Origin: Torpedo marmorata
Taxonomy: Eukaryota
Direction: 5' to 3'
NCBI GenBank assembly: GCA_977017645.1
Contig: OZ360230.1
Coordinates: 16,926,001-16,990,000, forward strand
DNA: 64,000 nt
The notes under the pieces were generated by a model. That model searched no databases. It saw only the letters and a program-made list of their open reading frames with translations, and was not told the DNA's origin. Positions 38,741 through 53,002 of this stretch are shown here, one piece after another. A program made the position numbers and the translations under genes. Every line of letters begins with the position of its first letter. Position 1 is the first letter of the stretch.

Positions 38741-41700
38741 AATCAAAGCCGAAGAAATAATATCAAGATATTGGGACTTCCTGAAAATGTTGAGAAACAA
38801 GACGTAACTGAATTTTTTCAAAATTGGCTTATGCAGATTTTTTCTTTCGATAAGCCAGTGGAGTTGGAAAGAGCACATAGAATCGGGAGGCGAAATCAGT
38901 CGATAGATCAAAGACCACGTCCAGTTTTGATGAAATGTCTCAGATACCAAGATAGAGAAAGAATATTAAGAGCAGCTATTCAAAACGCAAGAGAAAATAG
39001 ATCTCCACTGATGATTGATGGAAGCAGAGTGCTTTTCTATCCAGATTTAAGTCCGGCGATAGTTAAAAGTCGGAAAGAATTTAACTCAACAAAAACAATT
39101 CTTTGGCAAAAAGGATATAAATTTTCCTTTAAGTATCCTGCGGCTTTGAGAATTCAAAGTCAAGGAGATCGTTTTATTTTGTTTATGGATCCCCAACAAG
39201 CGTATAAGCATGCACAAACTCTTCCTTATTTGTTTAAAGATCAAGGAAGAAACGTCCATCAACAAGATCAAGAGGGTTCGTCAATGCAAGTTTCTTCACC
39301 AAGTTCCTTACGAAGAGAAGAGAAGATTTTAGTCCAGATTGAAGAAGACCAAGATGATTTGGACATTGGATCAGTTAAATGAAGTTACGATTAATAATGT
39401 TTTGTAAATCTGTTGGGGGGAAGGTGGACTTTTTGTCTCTTCTTCCTAGTCATACACCACTCTAGTGGCGAGAGCCACTTCTCGAGCAATGGAGGGGGGT
39501 AATACTGGGCTAATTGTACCAGTATTTTTTTCATTGGGGTTTTTCTTTTTCTTTTTTTTCTTATTTTCTTCTATTTTATCTAAGGGGTTGCCAAATAGTT
39601 TACAACTTTGGAGGAAAAAGCTAGTAGATTTGATTGAAAGAGATTTGATAGAATTTAATTATGATGGATAGTAAGAATATAAATTTAGTAAGTATTAATA
39701 TAAATGGGCTTAATAATCCGATTAAAAGGAAAAGAACCTTAGCATATATTAAAAAGTTGAATGTAGATATAGCTTTTTTACAGGAGACCCATTTGATAGA
39801 TTCGGAACATCAAAATTTAAAAAGAGAATGGGTTGGTCAAGTGGTGGTTTCTTCATTTAATTCTAAAGCAAGAGGGGTAGCTATATTAGTTAATAAAAAG
39901 TTACCTTTTAAGATACAATCGGTAGTTATAGATGTGGCAGGAAGATATGTTTTGATACATTGTCAGATTTATTCAGAATTTTGGACACATGAATTTATAT
40001 GTGTCAAATGTAGATGATGAGCAATTTATTCAGGATGCTTTTTTACATTTGTCAGAAGCTAATGAGAATATTTTAATTGGGGGAGACTTCAACTGTTGTT
40101 TAGATTCAATGATGGATAAAACTTCAAGATCAACTGTTAAAGCTAAAATTGTTAAAAGAGTTCTTACTCTGATGAAGGATTTAAATTTAATAGATATTTG
40201 GAGGAAATTGAACCCTAGGGAAAAAGATTATTCCTTTTATTCTTTTAGACATGATTCATACTCTAGGATAGATTTATTTTTATTGTCCTCTCAAGTTCAA
40301 GATAGAATAACGCAAGCATCCTATAAAGCGAGAGTAATTTCTGATCATTCACCCTTATTAATATCTTGCATAATTCCAGAAAAAGAAAAAATTGTATATA
40401 ACTGGAGGTTTAATTCATCTTTGTTGAAAAGGAAAGATTTTTGTGAATATATGAGAAGGGAAATTCACGAATTTTTGCGAATAAATGCTAATTCTACTGA
40501 TAATAAATTTATTATTTGGGAAGCTTTAAAAGCTTATTTAAGGGGTCAAATAATAAGTTATTCAGTAAAAATTAAGAAAGATTATCTTAAGGAAGTAAAA
40601 AAACTTGAGAAGGAGATTGAATGTTTGGAAAAAGATTTACAGAAAAACAGATCAATTCAAAAAAGAAATCATTTAATAGGGAAGAAATTACATTATAATT
40701 TATTACAAACATATAAAATGGAAAAATTTATTGAGAAAACTAAACAAAGATATTATGAATTAGGGGAAAGGGCTCATAAAGTTTTGGCATGGCAATTAAA
40801 AAAAGATCAAATTTCTAGAACTATAAATGCTATAAAGAAAAAAAATTCTGGAGAGATAACTTATAAACCTCAAGAAATAAATGATTATTTTAAAGATTAC
40901 TATTTGAATTTATATAAATCTCAGATTGATCCAGACGATTCTAAAATTACTAGATTTCTATCCAAAATTACATTACCTAAACTGAATACTCAAAGTAGAG
41001 ATTCTTTAGATTTACCTTTCACAATGAGGGAAGTCAGTGAAGTTCTTTCTTCATTAAAGAGCGGTAAGTCTCCAGGTGAAGATGGGTTTCCATCAGAATT
41101 TTATAAAGAGTTCAAAGATTTATTAATACCTCCATATATGGAAGTATTGCATCAAATTACGGAAACTCACTCATTACCGGATACTTTTTTAAATGCAATA
41201 ATTACAGTTATAACAAAGAAGGATAGAGATATATTGAAAACTGAATCCTATAGACCTATTTCATTATTAACTGTAGATTATAAAATAATGGCAAAAATTT
41301 TAGCAAATAGAATGGCTAATTATTTACCAAATTTAATTCATGTGGATCAAGCTGGTTTTATTAAAAATAGATATTCAAAAGATAGTATAGCTAGATTGAT
41401 TAGTTTAATTAATGTACATAAAAAGAAGGAAGATTTACCATTAGTTTTAACATTAGATGCTGAAAAGGCTTTTGATAGAGTAGAATGGAATTTTTTATTT
41501 AAGGTATTGGAGAAATTTGGTTTTGGAAATACATTTATTAATTGAATTAAAACTATATATAAAAAACCATCTGCTAAAGTAGTTACAAATGGACAAATTT
41601 CTTCAAAATTTCCTTTGACTCGATCTACTAGACAGGGATGCCCCCTGTCACCAGCATTATTTATTTTGGCGATAGAACCTTTGGCTGAATTAGTTAGAAA

Positions 41701-43717
41701 AGATCCTAAAATAGTTGGTATTAATGTTGGCACGGAAAAACATAAAATTAGTTTGTTTGCAGATGATGTATTGATATATATGACAAAATCTATTTCATCT
41801 TTAGTACAATTGTCTATTTTCTTGAGAGAATATGGGGAAATATCTGGATATAAAATTAATTCTGACAAAAGTGAAATTATGGCATTATCTCAAGGGGATT
41901 ATAGTAGATGTAAAGAAATTACACAATTTAAATGGGCAAAGGAGGGAATTAAATATTTGGGAGTAAGGGTTGATACAAAATTGGATAATTTATATAAATT
42001 AAATTATTTACCATTATTTGGGAAAATAAAGAAAGATTTAGAGAATTGGAAGGATTAACCCATAACTTTAATGGGAAGAGTAAATTGTATTAAAATGAAT
42101 ATTTTTCCAAGAATTCAGTATCTTTTTCAATCAAATCCTTAAGGAATTCCTCAAAAATTTTTTAAAGATTTAAACTCAATTATTAGGAAATTTTTATGGA
42201 AAGGAAAGTTAGCAAGATTAGGTATGGAAAAATTAACTTGGAATTATGAAATGGGTGGCTTACAACTTCCTAATTTTCAAAATTATTATAAAGCAGCTCA
42301 ATTGAAATTTGTTAATGAATTTTTTGATTTAACTAAATTTCCTGCTTGGATTAAAATAGAACTAAATAATATAGGTGATGATTCCAAAGAAGAAATTATT
42401 TATAAATGGGATTCTATATTAATATCAACAAAAAAAGAAAAATTCGCCTATTTTTAAACATCTGTTAGAAATATGGAATAAGACAGACAAGGAAATAGGA
42501 GGAAAAGGATTGATTTCTTCAAAGATGCCTTTATATCAAAATGGACTTATTCCATTTACTATTAATAATCAATTATTTAAAATTTGGTTTCAAAAAGGAA
42601 TTAAGAAGATTAGTGATTGTTTTGAAGCTGGGAAATTTATTACGTTTCAAAGAATGAAAGATAAATTTAATATATTAGATAACACACTTTTTGCTTATTA
42701 TCAAATTAGAGCTTTTTTGATTGAGAAATTAGGTTATGCTTTGATTTTACCAAGACAAAATGGATTAGAATTATTAGTTACTAATGGAGATGTTAATAAA
42801 TTTATTTCTCAAATGTATAAATTGTTTCAGAGGAAAATGCCTAAAGTAGGTTTGCATAAATCAAGATTAAAATGGGAACTAGATTTGAATGTAAGAATAG
42901 ATGAAAATCACTGGAAAGAATTATGTAAATTAAGTATGACGAAGATTATTAATGTTAGATATAGACTAGTACAATATAATTTTTTTCATCAATTATATTT
43001 AACACCTAAAAATTAAAGAAATTTAATCTGACATTATCAGGTTTATGTTTTAGATGTAATAAAGAGGAAGGTTCCTTTGTACATTCTACATGGTTTTGTC
43101 CAAAAGTTTATGATTTTTGGTTGAAAGTTAAAAAATTTTTAGATAAAGAGTTTAAGATTACATTTCCAATGGATCCTATGATATTTTTGTTTGGAGATAT
43201 TAGAAAGTTTAGCATTAAGAAGAAATTAAATATGTATCAAGAAGAATTTTTATGAATTGCTTTAGCTGTTTCAAAAAAATGCATTGCTATTACTTGGAAA
43301 TCTGATTTAGATTTAGGATTAGAAAGATGGCATGCAGAACTTCGTTCGTGTATACCACTTGAAAAAATTACCTATAATTTACGTAATAAATATCATTTTT
43401 TCTTAAAAATTTGGAGCCCATATATGAGAGCTGTGGGTTTAAGGATTTGATGATCTCTGGATATCGGATTTACTGGCATGCTGGACCTCCACAATAGAAT
43501 TAGTTTATAGATGGCATTCCCCTTACTCTATCCTTTTCTTTCTTTCTTTTTTCTATTTTTACTTTTTTTTTAAATATTTTTATTAGATTAGTGGGGTTGG
43601 GGGGGTTGGGGAGGGGAGGGAGGGAGGGTGAAAATATATCACATGTATTTTGATAATTTTATATTTTATCTTATGTATTTTGTGATTTAAAAATTTAAAT
43701 AAAATATTTTTTTTAAA
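38741..43717 (+). mobile_element. About 5 kb L1-clade LINE, 5'-truncated in ORF1, disrupted ORF2
   Basis: ORF1 SRRNNIKILGLPE...ERAHR...FYPDLS (to 39382); ORF2 39661-43450 with APE endonuclease (NINGLN, FLQETH, GGDFN, SDH) and RT (YRPISLL, QGCPLSP, FADD), broken by a frameshift near 39985 and stops at 41545 and 42058; TSD aaccatctaacga at 38728-38740 and 43718-43730. Confidence 0.96.
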
Positions 43718-43730
43718 AACCATCTAACGA

Positions 43731-44772
43731 CATTACTATAAAAAATTATAAACAATAGTGCACGAAAAGTAAGGCAGTGTCTTTGGTTCATTGATTATTC
43801 CGGAATCTGATAGCAGCGGGGAAGAAGCTGTCCTTGTGCCGTTGAGTGCTCGTCTTTAGGCTCCTGTACCTTTTTCCCGATGGAAGCAGAGTGAAGAGGG
43901 CATGGCCTGGGTGGTGGGGGTCTTTGAGGATAGAGGCTGCTTTTTTAAGACACCGCCTCATGTAGATGTCCTCGATGGAGTGAAGTTTGGTGCCTGTGAT
44001 GTCACAGGCCGAGTTAACAACCTTCTGGAGTTTACTCTTCTCCTGGGAGTTGGCGCCTCCATACCAGGCAGTGATGCAACCAGCCAGAATGCTCTCCACG
44101 GTACACCTGTAGAAGTTTACGAGAGTCTTTGGTGACATACTGAATCTCCGCAGACACCTCACAAAGTATAGCCGCTGACGAGCCTTCTTTGTGATTGCAT
44201 CCACGTGGATGCTCCAGGACAGATCCTCGGAGATGTTGACACCCAGGAATTTGAAGTTCTTGACCCTCTCCACGACTGAGCCCTTGATGAGGACTGGGTC
44301 GTGTTCCCCTGACTTCCTCCTGAAGTCCACAATCATCTCCTTGGTTTTGCTGACGTTGAGCTCAAGGTTGTTGCCATTACACCATTCAACAAGCTGATCT
44401 ATCTCCCTCCTGTACGCTTCCTCATTGCCGTTTGTGATTCTGCCGACAACTGTGGTGTCATCGGCAAACTTGTAGATGGCATTGGAATTGTGCCTGGCCA
44501 CACAATCATGGGTGTATAACGAGTAGAGCAGTGGACTAAGCACGCATCCTTGGGGTGCGCCTGTGTTGATAATCAGTGAGGAGGAGACGTTGTTTCCAAT
44601 TCGTACTGACTGTGGTCTTCCGATGAGAAAGTCAAGGATCCAGTTGCAGAGGGGGGTACAGAGGCCTAGAGTTTGTAGCTTCTTGACCAGCACTGAGGGA
44701 ATAATGGTATTGAAGGCTGAGCTGTAGTCAATGAAGAGCAACCGTATGTATGAATTGCTGTTTTCGAGGTGA
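43731..44772 (-). mobile_element. Rex1/Babar-type LINE, 5'-truncated, open RT C-terminal frame
   Basis: ORF 43788-44924 [13 protein letters not shown]...[17 protein letters not shown]...KFADDT...LPSGKRYRS. Confidence 0.92.
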
Positions 44773-46199
44773 TTGAAAGATGCTTGAAAGATGATTGCGG
44801 CTGAGAAGTCAGAGATATAGCAGTCTATGTTTTCCATTTCAAATGTTTGTGTCAGGCCTGTATGTAAGGTGGGACCATATGTTCCAACAGCAGTTGGCAC
44901 AACTGTCCTCCTGACCCAGATCACGAGGCAGATATTTTAGTGAGCAGTTTTACGAGATATTGATTTATCTGACATATCTCTGTTTACAGAAAGCTGCATA
45001 GTCTCCAGATTTGGGTAGTCTCAAGGAAGTATCCAAATCACTTTCAGTGAGGCAGTCATCCATCTTGTTGATGCCATCAGTCCTCCTCTGTGTTTCTTTC
45101 AGAGAGAGTCCTTACATCCAATGGTTGTGTATCAAAGAGAGGAATATTCATCTTTGTCTTAAGGTGCATTTGCATGGATACCAAAACACCCCAGGCTTCA
45201 GTGCAGTGGAAAAATTAACTGTTTCTTGGTATAAATCCATTGGGTTGTGTTTTCAAACCCTTCACCCGTCAGCTTTTATTTCCACAGTTCTGCTTCCCTT
45301 GTACACCATTCAAAGAACCCTAACAGACTTTCCTCAACCTCCGATAGAGTTCAGCAGTCCATGATTTTGGTGAGACCTGCAACACCTTGCTTTCGTTGGC
45401 ATGAAGGAACCAGCCAAGGTGCACACTGATGACATCAGTCTTAAAGGCACAGCCTCCAAAGCCGAATGCTGAAATTTATTACTGCGTGAATTAGCTCTAC
45501 GTGCTGCTCTTCCTCTGCATGCTCACGCTGCAGCCAAGTATTGCATCCTATTTGTTTTTCATTTGCACTTCTGTATTTTTAGGCTATTAATACTTTTAAT
45601 AACTGTCTCAGCAGGAACCATACAAAGTGTTCCATTGCAACAGAAGCGAGAAAGTCTGGGAGAAAATGGTGATGGTGATCAATGGGAATTTGACCATCAC
45701 ATGTACCCATCCAGCATGAAGTTCAGTAAGCTGATGTGGGCAGAATTTGCACATTTTTGTGCAAGTGATGTATCTCCATATTCTTATGCAACAAAAATAA
45801 AAATTCTGCACCTTCCACTCTTTGCACCACTTCTAGTTGAAGCTGGTGAACAATGTCCAAAAAGAGTCACAGAGCACAGTGGAATGGCTGTAACGAAGTG
45901 TTTGACCGAGTTTGAAGAAAGAAGTTCAGAGTGACAGTCCATCGTGTTAGCATCTGGCTCTGATATTAGACTAATGAACAGTGAGCGTAACTCTCAGCCT
46001 GGTCCCCTACCAGTCAATCTCTTTTAAAATCATAAAAAGTGAACCCCCCCTCCCCCCCCAACAGATCCGGAAACATTGTGGAAATAGAAACAGTTAACAT
46101 TTCAAATTGATGAAAGGTGTTACAAGTGTTTTCTGTTTCATTTCAGATTTCCTTTTCTTTAAATCTTCAGTCTTCTCTACACCTCCTCAAAGGCCTTTC

Positions 46200-46385
46200 A
46201 ACACAGCCTAGAAAAAAATGGAGAGGTACAAGGTGCTCAAGTAAAATAGAAGGTTAGAAAGAAAAACCGAGGGTTACGAGGTAGGAAGGTTTTAGTTTTT
46301 TTAAATTTTGGCAGGAATATATAGGTCGTCACAACGTCAAGGGCAGAAGGGCCTGTACTGTGCTGTAGCGTTCTATGTTCTATAA
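46200..46385 (+). mobile_element. CR1 3'-end fragment
   Basis: aagggcagaagggcctgtactgtgctgtagcgttctatgttctat tail. Confidence 0.6.
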
Positions 46386-47564
46386 AACGTCCTCAACCTG
46401 TTTCAAAACCTGTCTCTCTAATTAGGTTAAATAAATTATCTACATGATTTCTCTGTTCCTCTAACATCCTTAAAATTGTGTGTTCTATTTTTCTTGTTTC
46501 TGTTCATTCCTTCCACCAAAATATAATATAGTGTATTTTCTACATTGAGTATTTGGAAGCACATCCTCATAGGCCAAAACTTTATTTGAATTTTGCCCTA
46601 TTATATCTCTGAGGAGGTACAAAAGATGTGCACGCTGCTGGAACTTTAGTTGAAGCCCCTTTTTTTTGCAAAGGCACAACTTGGTCAATAGATCTAAAAG
46701 CAAAAACAGAACCAAATGTTTCCACATTTTGAGGTTTGTTAGTGAACTCTAGTGAGCCTCAGGATATTAGTCAATCAGCATGCCTACAAATACCATTAGA
46801 GAGTGGAATTTGGGGAGAAAGAGAGTGAGGTAGAGGGCAAGGAAATTCTTTCAATTAGCTAAATTCCTCCTTGAGAAAGGTATTGTTGATGCCGTTAATA
46901 TGGTCACATCAGGGTGCTTTGTGATATGAATTTCATCAACTAAATATAGTTTAATTTACTATGGATAGAGAATGAAACTAGCCTCCTTGCTCTGTACCTC
47001 AAGCCACAGAGAGTTCCCATTATTTTTATTATTCCCAGGCAATCCATATTTTTTTCACTGCCTCATCAGAATAACATGATATGATAGCTGATTGGAGAGT
47101 CAACTGTCCCAGTCAGTGCTGATGACACCATTCCTCTATCCCAGGAAATGGCCTGAAGAGAGATCAACAAAGCATGTGTACTCATGAGGCGACCTCAGGT
47201 TTTCTCCCCTTTTTGTTGCATGGATAGATCAGATGGAACCCTACAATGCAGCTTATAACAACTGTTTCAAGAATTATGTTGCTTAATGAGTTTAATGTAG
47301 CCATTCAGCTTTCCACTCACAAAAGCAGAGAAGAAAATTAGCTGGAGTTATCTAATCTCCTGACCAGCAACAGGATATCTGGGACAATGCATGGAGGTAG
47401 TATAGGCCACAACATTATTAACAGCAAACACCTGAATCATCCCCAGCTTGCTTTCAATTTACATCTTACCAACTGTATAATTACTGTACTCAAAAATCCA
47501 AATGCCCAGAACTTAGATATCACCCTTTTTGGGTGCTCTAGCTTGTACTCATGCCCTTTTGTTT

Positions 47565-47702
47565 TGTTTGGGTGCCTGCCTACATTTTGCTCATACCTTG
47601 ATGAAGGGTTCAAGCCCGAAACGTTGGTTATGTATCTTTATCTTTGCTACATAAAGTACACTGTTTGACCTGCTGAGTTTCTCCAGCATTGTGTTTTTAC
47701 TC
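47565..47702 (+). mobile_element. Penelope terminal-repeat fragment with hammerhead-like motif 47593-47631
   Basis: ATACC-TTGATGA-A-GGGT-TCAA-GCCC-GAA-ACGT-T-GGTTAT followed by the family arm. Confidence 0.82.
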
Positions 47703-50700
47703 ATGCCCAATCAGGTTGGATCATCTGATCTCTCTTGGCTGATTGCTGATGAAGATTTTGGTCATAATAGTGACTTTACAATGAAAGGGAGGCCATTGAT
47801 GAAACAGTTGAAGATGGCTGGGCCAAGGACTCTGCCCAGTGATGTCTTGAGCTGGGGTGCTAAACCTCTGACAACCTTTGTGCAGAGTATGACTCCAACC
47901 ATCAGATGTTTTCCCCTTGATGACCATTGACTGCAGTTTTACCTGGGTTCCTTAATGCTACACTTGCTCAAATGATGCTTTGATCTCAAGATCAAGTGCA
48001 GTCATTCTCTCCTTATCTCAGCATTGCTCTAAACCCTCTGTCCTTTGATATCCAAAAATCTATTGATCTCTGTTTTAAGTCGACTTAGCAATCATGCCCC
48101 CACCTCCTTTAAAATGGAGAATTCCTAAGATTCACCTGTGAGATGATTTTTTTTCATGTTGTCCTTGAATAGCTGACATTGCGAGACTGGTGGCCTTGCT
48201 TCTACACACCAAAGCAGGAAGAAATATCACGCTTGCATCTACACCATCAAGACTTGTAAAAATTTTATTTGTTTTTATCAGATCATCTCTCATTTTTCTA
48301 CGCTAAACAGAGTGCAAGTGCAGTCTGATTAATCTCTCCTTATAGAACAAACTCATCGTCCCAGGAATCAATCTGGTGTACCTTCTTTATCAGGTGTGTG
48401 TCTGACAATGGCAAAATGTCAGTGCTAATATAAATAGTCTACAGAAGTGCCCAGGCCAACTTCACCCAGAAATGATCACTGATAGTTCACATTTTGTTTG
48501 ACTTGGGCAATAAAATAGGGTGTTAATTGATCAGACGTTTTGGCTAATGCTCTTTTCTTCATTTGAAAAGTTGCAAGTTTAGTGCCAAGCATGTCATCAA
48601 TACAGTCCTTAAGGATTCTAACAGTGTCTACACATTGTGCCATGACACTTATTGGATTTAATTTCTTCTTTTGCTACCATTGAAAGTGGATGCATAGTGA
48701 CCAATGGAAAAAACAGCCATGCCCATGTTACATGTTGCAAAGAATCAGAGGAGACATCAGCTGAATGATGTCAATCATCAACATTACAGTTGACGAGCCA
48801 CAGCTCGGACTGGAATGCCTGAGTACAGGAAGCAGATTACACTGGACATCAATTTTTTTCAAAACGTTTGCTTCCTGAAAAAAAATTGGGGATTATGATA
48901 GACAACTTCAAGATTAACACAAAGATACTTTCAGATTTTCTATATCACGTAGGAAGTTGGAGAAACATGATGCTGACACGTTGCATTAGTTCAATTGACC
49001 TAAAAATGTTTTGCCGCTGATTTTTTACTTAGCATCTGATGCCTCTCGTGTCAGTGTTCAAAAATAGTCAGCCAGCATTGATGGATTCCAGATGCCCTGA
49101 TACTGCTTTTCCATGGTCGCAATGTCCTGGTGAAACCTTTCACCATGTTCATCACTCACTGCACCAAGATCAGCAGGTAAGAAGTTCGTGCAAATGCAGA
49201 AAATGAATTTCCAATGACATGTTGCACTTCATGGTTTTGTATGCTTGAAGTAGACTTAAAATATGAGAGGAAATCATAAAAATAGGTTATACTGTATCTA
49301 AAAATCGGTATATGATTGGAAATTTTTAAGTTGATTTTCACGATCAGCAGCCCAAAATCCATAAAATACACCCAAAAGTGTTCAGGAAGCAAAATATTCG
49401 TTGTCCAGTGTCATCAATGTGAACAGAAATTTCTGCCATGCTAGAAGAATCACATGCCCTGACAGCCTCCCCCTACATTGATGTTGCAGAACTCTCCTGG
49501 TTCACCTCACTCGTCATTCATGTTTAAATCTACCTTTTCACGGAATGTGAGGTGTAGCAGTTCCCTTTGTTGGCTTGGATTTGTTATCAAGGACTTGATT
49601 AAATTCACCATATTCTGTGTATTTTCTCATTAGAAGATGCAGAAAATAAAAACAAAACAAATGAAGCAAGCAAAAAAAAAGTCTTTTTCGTGACTATCCC
49701 AAATAATTAATTACAAATATTTTCTAAATTAATTGAAATAATTTAGAAGAAAATAAACCAACTGTGAAAGATGATCATGAAATAGAAATTTAGGAATGAT
49801 TTAACATGATTGCTAAAACTGATGTCATTCTCGTGACTTCACATTGCCTGGAGTACCGTACCTCAACATTAATCAGTTCTTGCACTTTAATTAAATGTCT
49901 TCGCCTACGTTCTCAGTACGTAGTCAATTCATAGCTTGGTGTAGCCCAGACAAACTGAATCTGTCATTGAAATTACATTTTGGGCAATAAAGTGAGAGAA
50001 ATAAAATGCTAACAGTCACCAGGTGCCTTTCTCCTTGATCCCTGCAGGATGCTTATAAGAGACAAGTACTGTTGCAGTTAGCTGTGATTCATCCCAGTTC
50101 CCACCTTCGATGACCTACTCCATTTGATTACAGATTTAAATACATTGTTGTTCAAAGTTAATCATGAATTACATTGCCGGCTTACTCACAATGTACTGTG
50201 TTTTCCCCTGGGCTTGTTTCCAAGGGAGCACTGGGATGTGGTCCAGTGCAGAAATTTACAGGTAAACCCATAGGAAATGGTTTATTGATACCATCTGCGT
50301 GGGGTTTTAGTGAGTGAAAACAAGTCTGTTCATTAAGATTTACAAAGTCTACTTTGCCTTTACAAAGAGCTACATTAAAAAGGGATCCAAATGCCTGTTC
50401 TGGAAATAATCTAATTTTATGCCAAAGCAAGAAGAATGGTCAGTTATTTTTTATGTCCCAAGGTACAAAGTCAGTAGGGAAGAACTTTTTATTAGATGAT
50501 GTTTATTTGATGCAAAAATCTTTAATGAGAAACATTCTGTGAGTTATGCTGTGGACCTACTGCACGGAAAGTTAGTCTGGTTCTTTAAAAGGCAAATCAG
50601 TAAAAAATTGGTTTCCTTCATGGCGAGAGCAGTGGGGGGGGGGTGCGGTTTGGGATGAGGGGAGGAGGAAGGCAAGGAAGCAGTGATTGCGGAGAATGAG

Positions 50701-50954
50701 AGGAGCAGCTTTGGCAGTGAACAGGGAGAGCCAAATGACAGGGAGAGAGGGGTCCAGACAGGAGTCAGGACAGTTACGGTACTGTGACTGGAACGATGGT
50801 CATGCCAGATTCCAATCAGGAAGCCGTTGTTATTTTTAATTTTTAATTTAAATTTTAAATTTGATTTGCCTGTTATGTTCAAGTTACGTGTTGCCATTGT
50901 CATGATTAAACTTGTTACAATTTTCCGTTATTTTTTTGTGTGGATCCAAATTCT

Positions 50955-51363
50955 GGTTAGCGTAACGCTATTACAGAATCCGGTGCTGTCTGTAAGGAGC
51001 TTGTACGTTTTCCCCATGACTGCTTGTGTTTCCTCCCACCCTCCAAAAATTTATGGGGTTTGTAGGTTAATTGGCATATTTGGGCAGCAGGGTCTCGTGG
51101 GCCGGAAGGGCCTGTTACTGTGCAGTATGTATTTTATTTAGACATACAGCACGGTAACAGGCCCTTCCGGCCCACGAGCCGGTGGTGCCCAATTGCACCC
51201 AATTGACCTACCACCCCGGTACGTTCGAAGGGTGGGAGGAAACCAGAGTGCCCGGAGGAAACCCACGCAGACACAGGGAGAACATACAAACTCCTTTCCG
51301 ACAGCACCAGATTCAAACCTGGGTAAACGCGTTGCGCTAACCGCTACGCTAACTGTGCCACCC
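50955..51363. mobile_element. Tail-to-tail pair of V-SINE/HE1-type SINEs
   Basis: Plus copy 50955-51136 and minus copy 51137-51363; ctcgtgggccggaagggcctgttac vs gtaacaggcccttccggcccacgag. Confidence 0.85.
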
Positions 51364-53002
51364 TATGTATAAAAATAAAATGGCGGCGGTTAGCGATTTT
51401 CTGCTAGCTACCTGTACCACGTGCAAAACTAAGCTTTTCCCTGTATCTCAGTACACATGGCAGCAAACAATACAAGGCTTTTTTATCTGCTGCCAAATAT
51501 GTTTCATCTATAGTTTGAGCCATTGCGTGCCATGCAGCATAAAGTTTGCATGAGGAATGAAAGAAAACACAGTTGGTATTGGGCATGAGAGCTTTATGTG
51601 TTGAACCTCAAGTGGGATACAGGAATGAATGATTTAGGAAGTTTTTTTTATGTGTAGGACTGAAACATCCATAAAGATTTTGAAGTATTAATTTAGTTTA
51701 ATCTAAAACTTTGGTGTGTTTCAACTGTTTGATGAAACCTGTTTGATCTTCTATTTGCAACAAAAGGATTTGAAAATATGTCCATGAGAAATAGTTCCAA
51801 CTTGCTGCTAATAGAATGAAGTGGAAAGGAAATTCTTTGATGTTTGACTGTGACTACAATAGAAAAATGAGAAGTCAGTGTGTCGATGTTAACCAGTAGA
51901 CTTTCAGAATTGCTCAGGCTGTAAGAATGATGTGAATTGAAGTCTTAGCTATTCTACTCAGGTTCATGAATTTCTTCTTCCATTGGCATCAGACCCTTCC
52001 ACTATCTGCCCCAGGCAGAGACATGCTAGCTAACAGGGCATAATTTAGAAAATATCAGCTAGGAACATCAAGCCTCCCTCTGGGTCACAATCCACAACAC
52101 CATTTGAAGAAAAATATGACATGGGGGAGTGGCCTTGTGTCAACCCTGCCCATGGCTGGAGCAGCTGCTTTGATGACCACAGAGTTGCAGACAGCCTTTT
52201 AATCATGGACATCTTACCAAATGTACTCCCACTCCCCATTCCAAAAGGTAAACTGCTATTATATGTACCCTTAGCATTTATAACTCACCCTGATAACTGT
52301 GGAAATGAGGCACATGCCTCAAAAAGCCAACAGCTTCTGGCAAAATCAGTGATTGACCTGCTACTTGAAAGTTATCCTGATGAAGTCATATGTTCTCAGA
52401 AAAACAGTGACTGGAGGTGATAACCTAAAATTATTAACAGACTTAATTTTAGAGAATGAAGGGTGTTACTGTCTAAGCTTATAGAAAAAATTCCTTATTT
52501 TAATATTTTAATTTCCATTAAATATACTTCTTTTTACTATTACTGGGAATTTATGAAATTGCTGGAGCTCAAATTAGAGATAAGTAATGAGATTGCATTC
52601 ATGCCTTTTATAATCTTTTCATGTGGATTCTATTCCATTTTCTGTATTTCTGTGAATTTTCTTTGAAAAATTAGGCAAAGAACTAGTGACTGTGGATTAT
52701 TCTGCAATTATAGAAACAGGCTCTGGCATTTGGAAGCTGAAAAACAGAGGTTAAAATATGACATAATATCAAATCCCACAGACAAAGAATAAAACCCTAC
52801 AGCTACATTCTTCATTTTATTAAATTTTGACATTTAATCAGGAGAGTTGTTCTCTTTAGGATGTGTTAGGATTCAGATGCTATCTGCCACTTGGTTTAAA
52901 TTTGCATATCAGGTCACTGCTCTTTTACTGAGGAGGAAAATTCGACAGAGGCAGAGAATCTGAAATAAGAACAAAAATGCTGAAAACATTCAAGTTTTAT
53001 CA

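Noticed and set aside
41347-41868. 173-aa minus-strand ORF and similar antisense ORFs over LINEs and exons
   Set aside because: Antisense shadows of RT or EphB3 coding sequence.
48780-49170. Possible RTE-type LINE remnants (also near 52040-52200 and 58000-58150) and an L1-like remnant near 12230-12450
   Set aside because: Too decayed to support by eye; RepeatMasker or an HMM search is needed.
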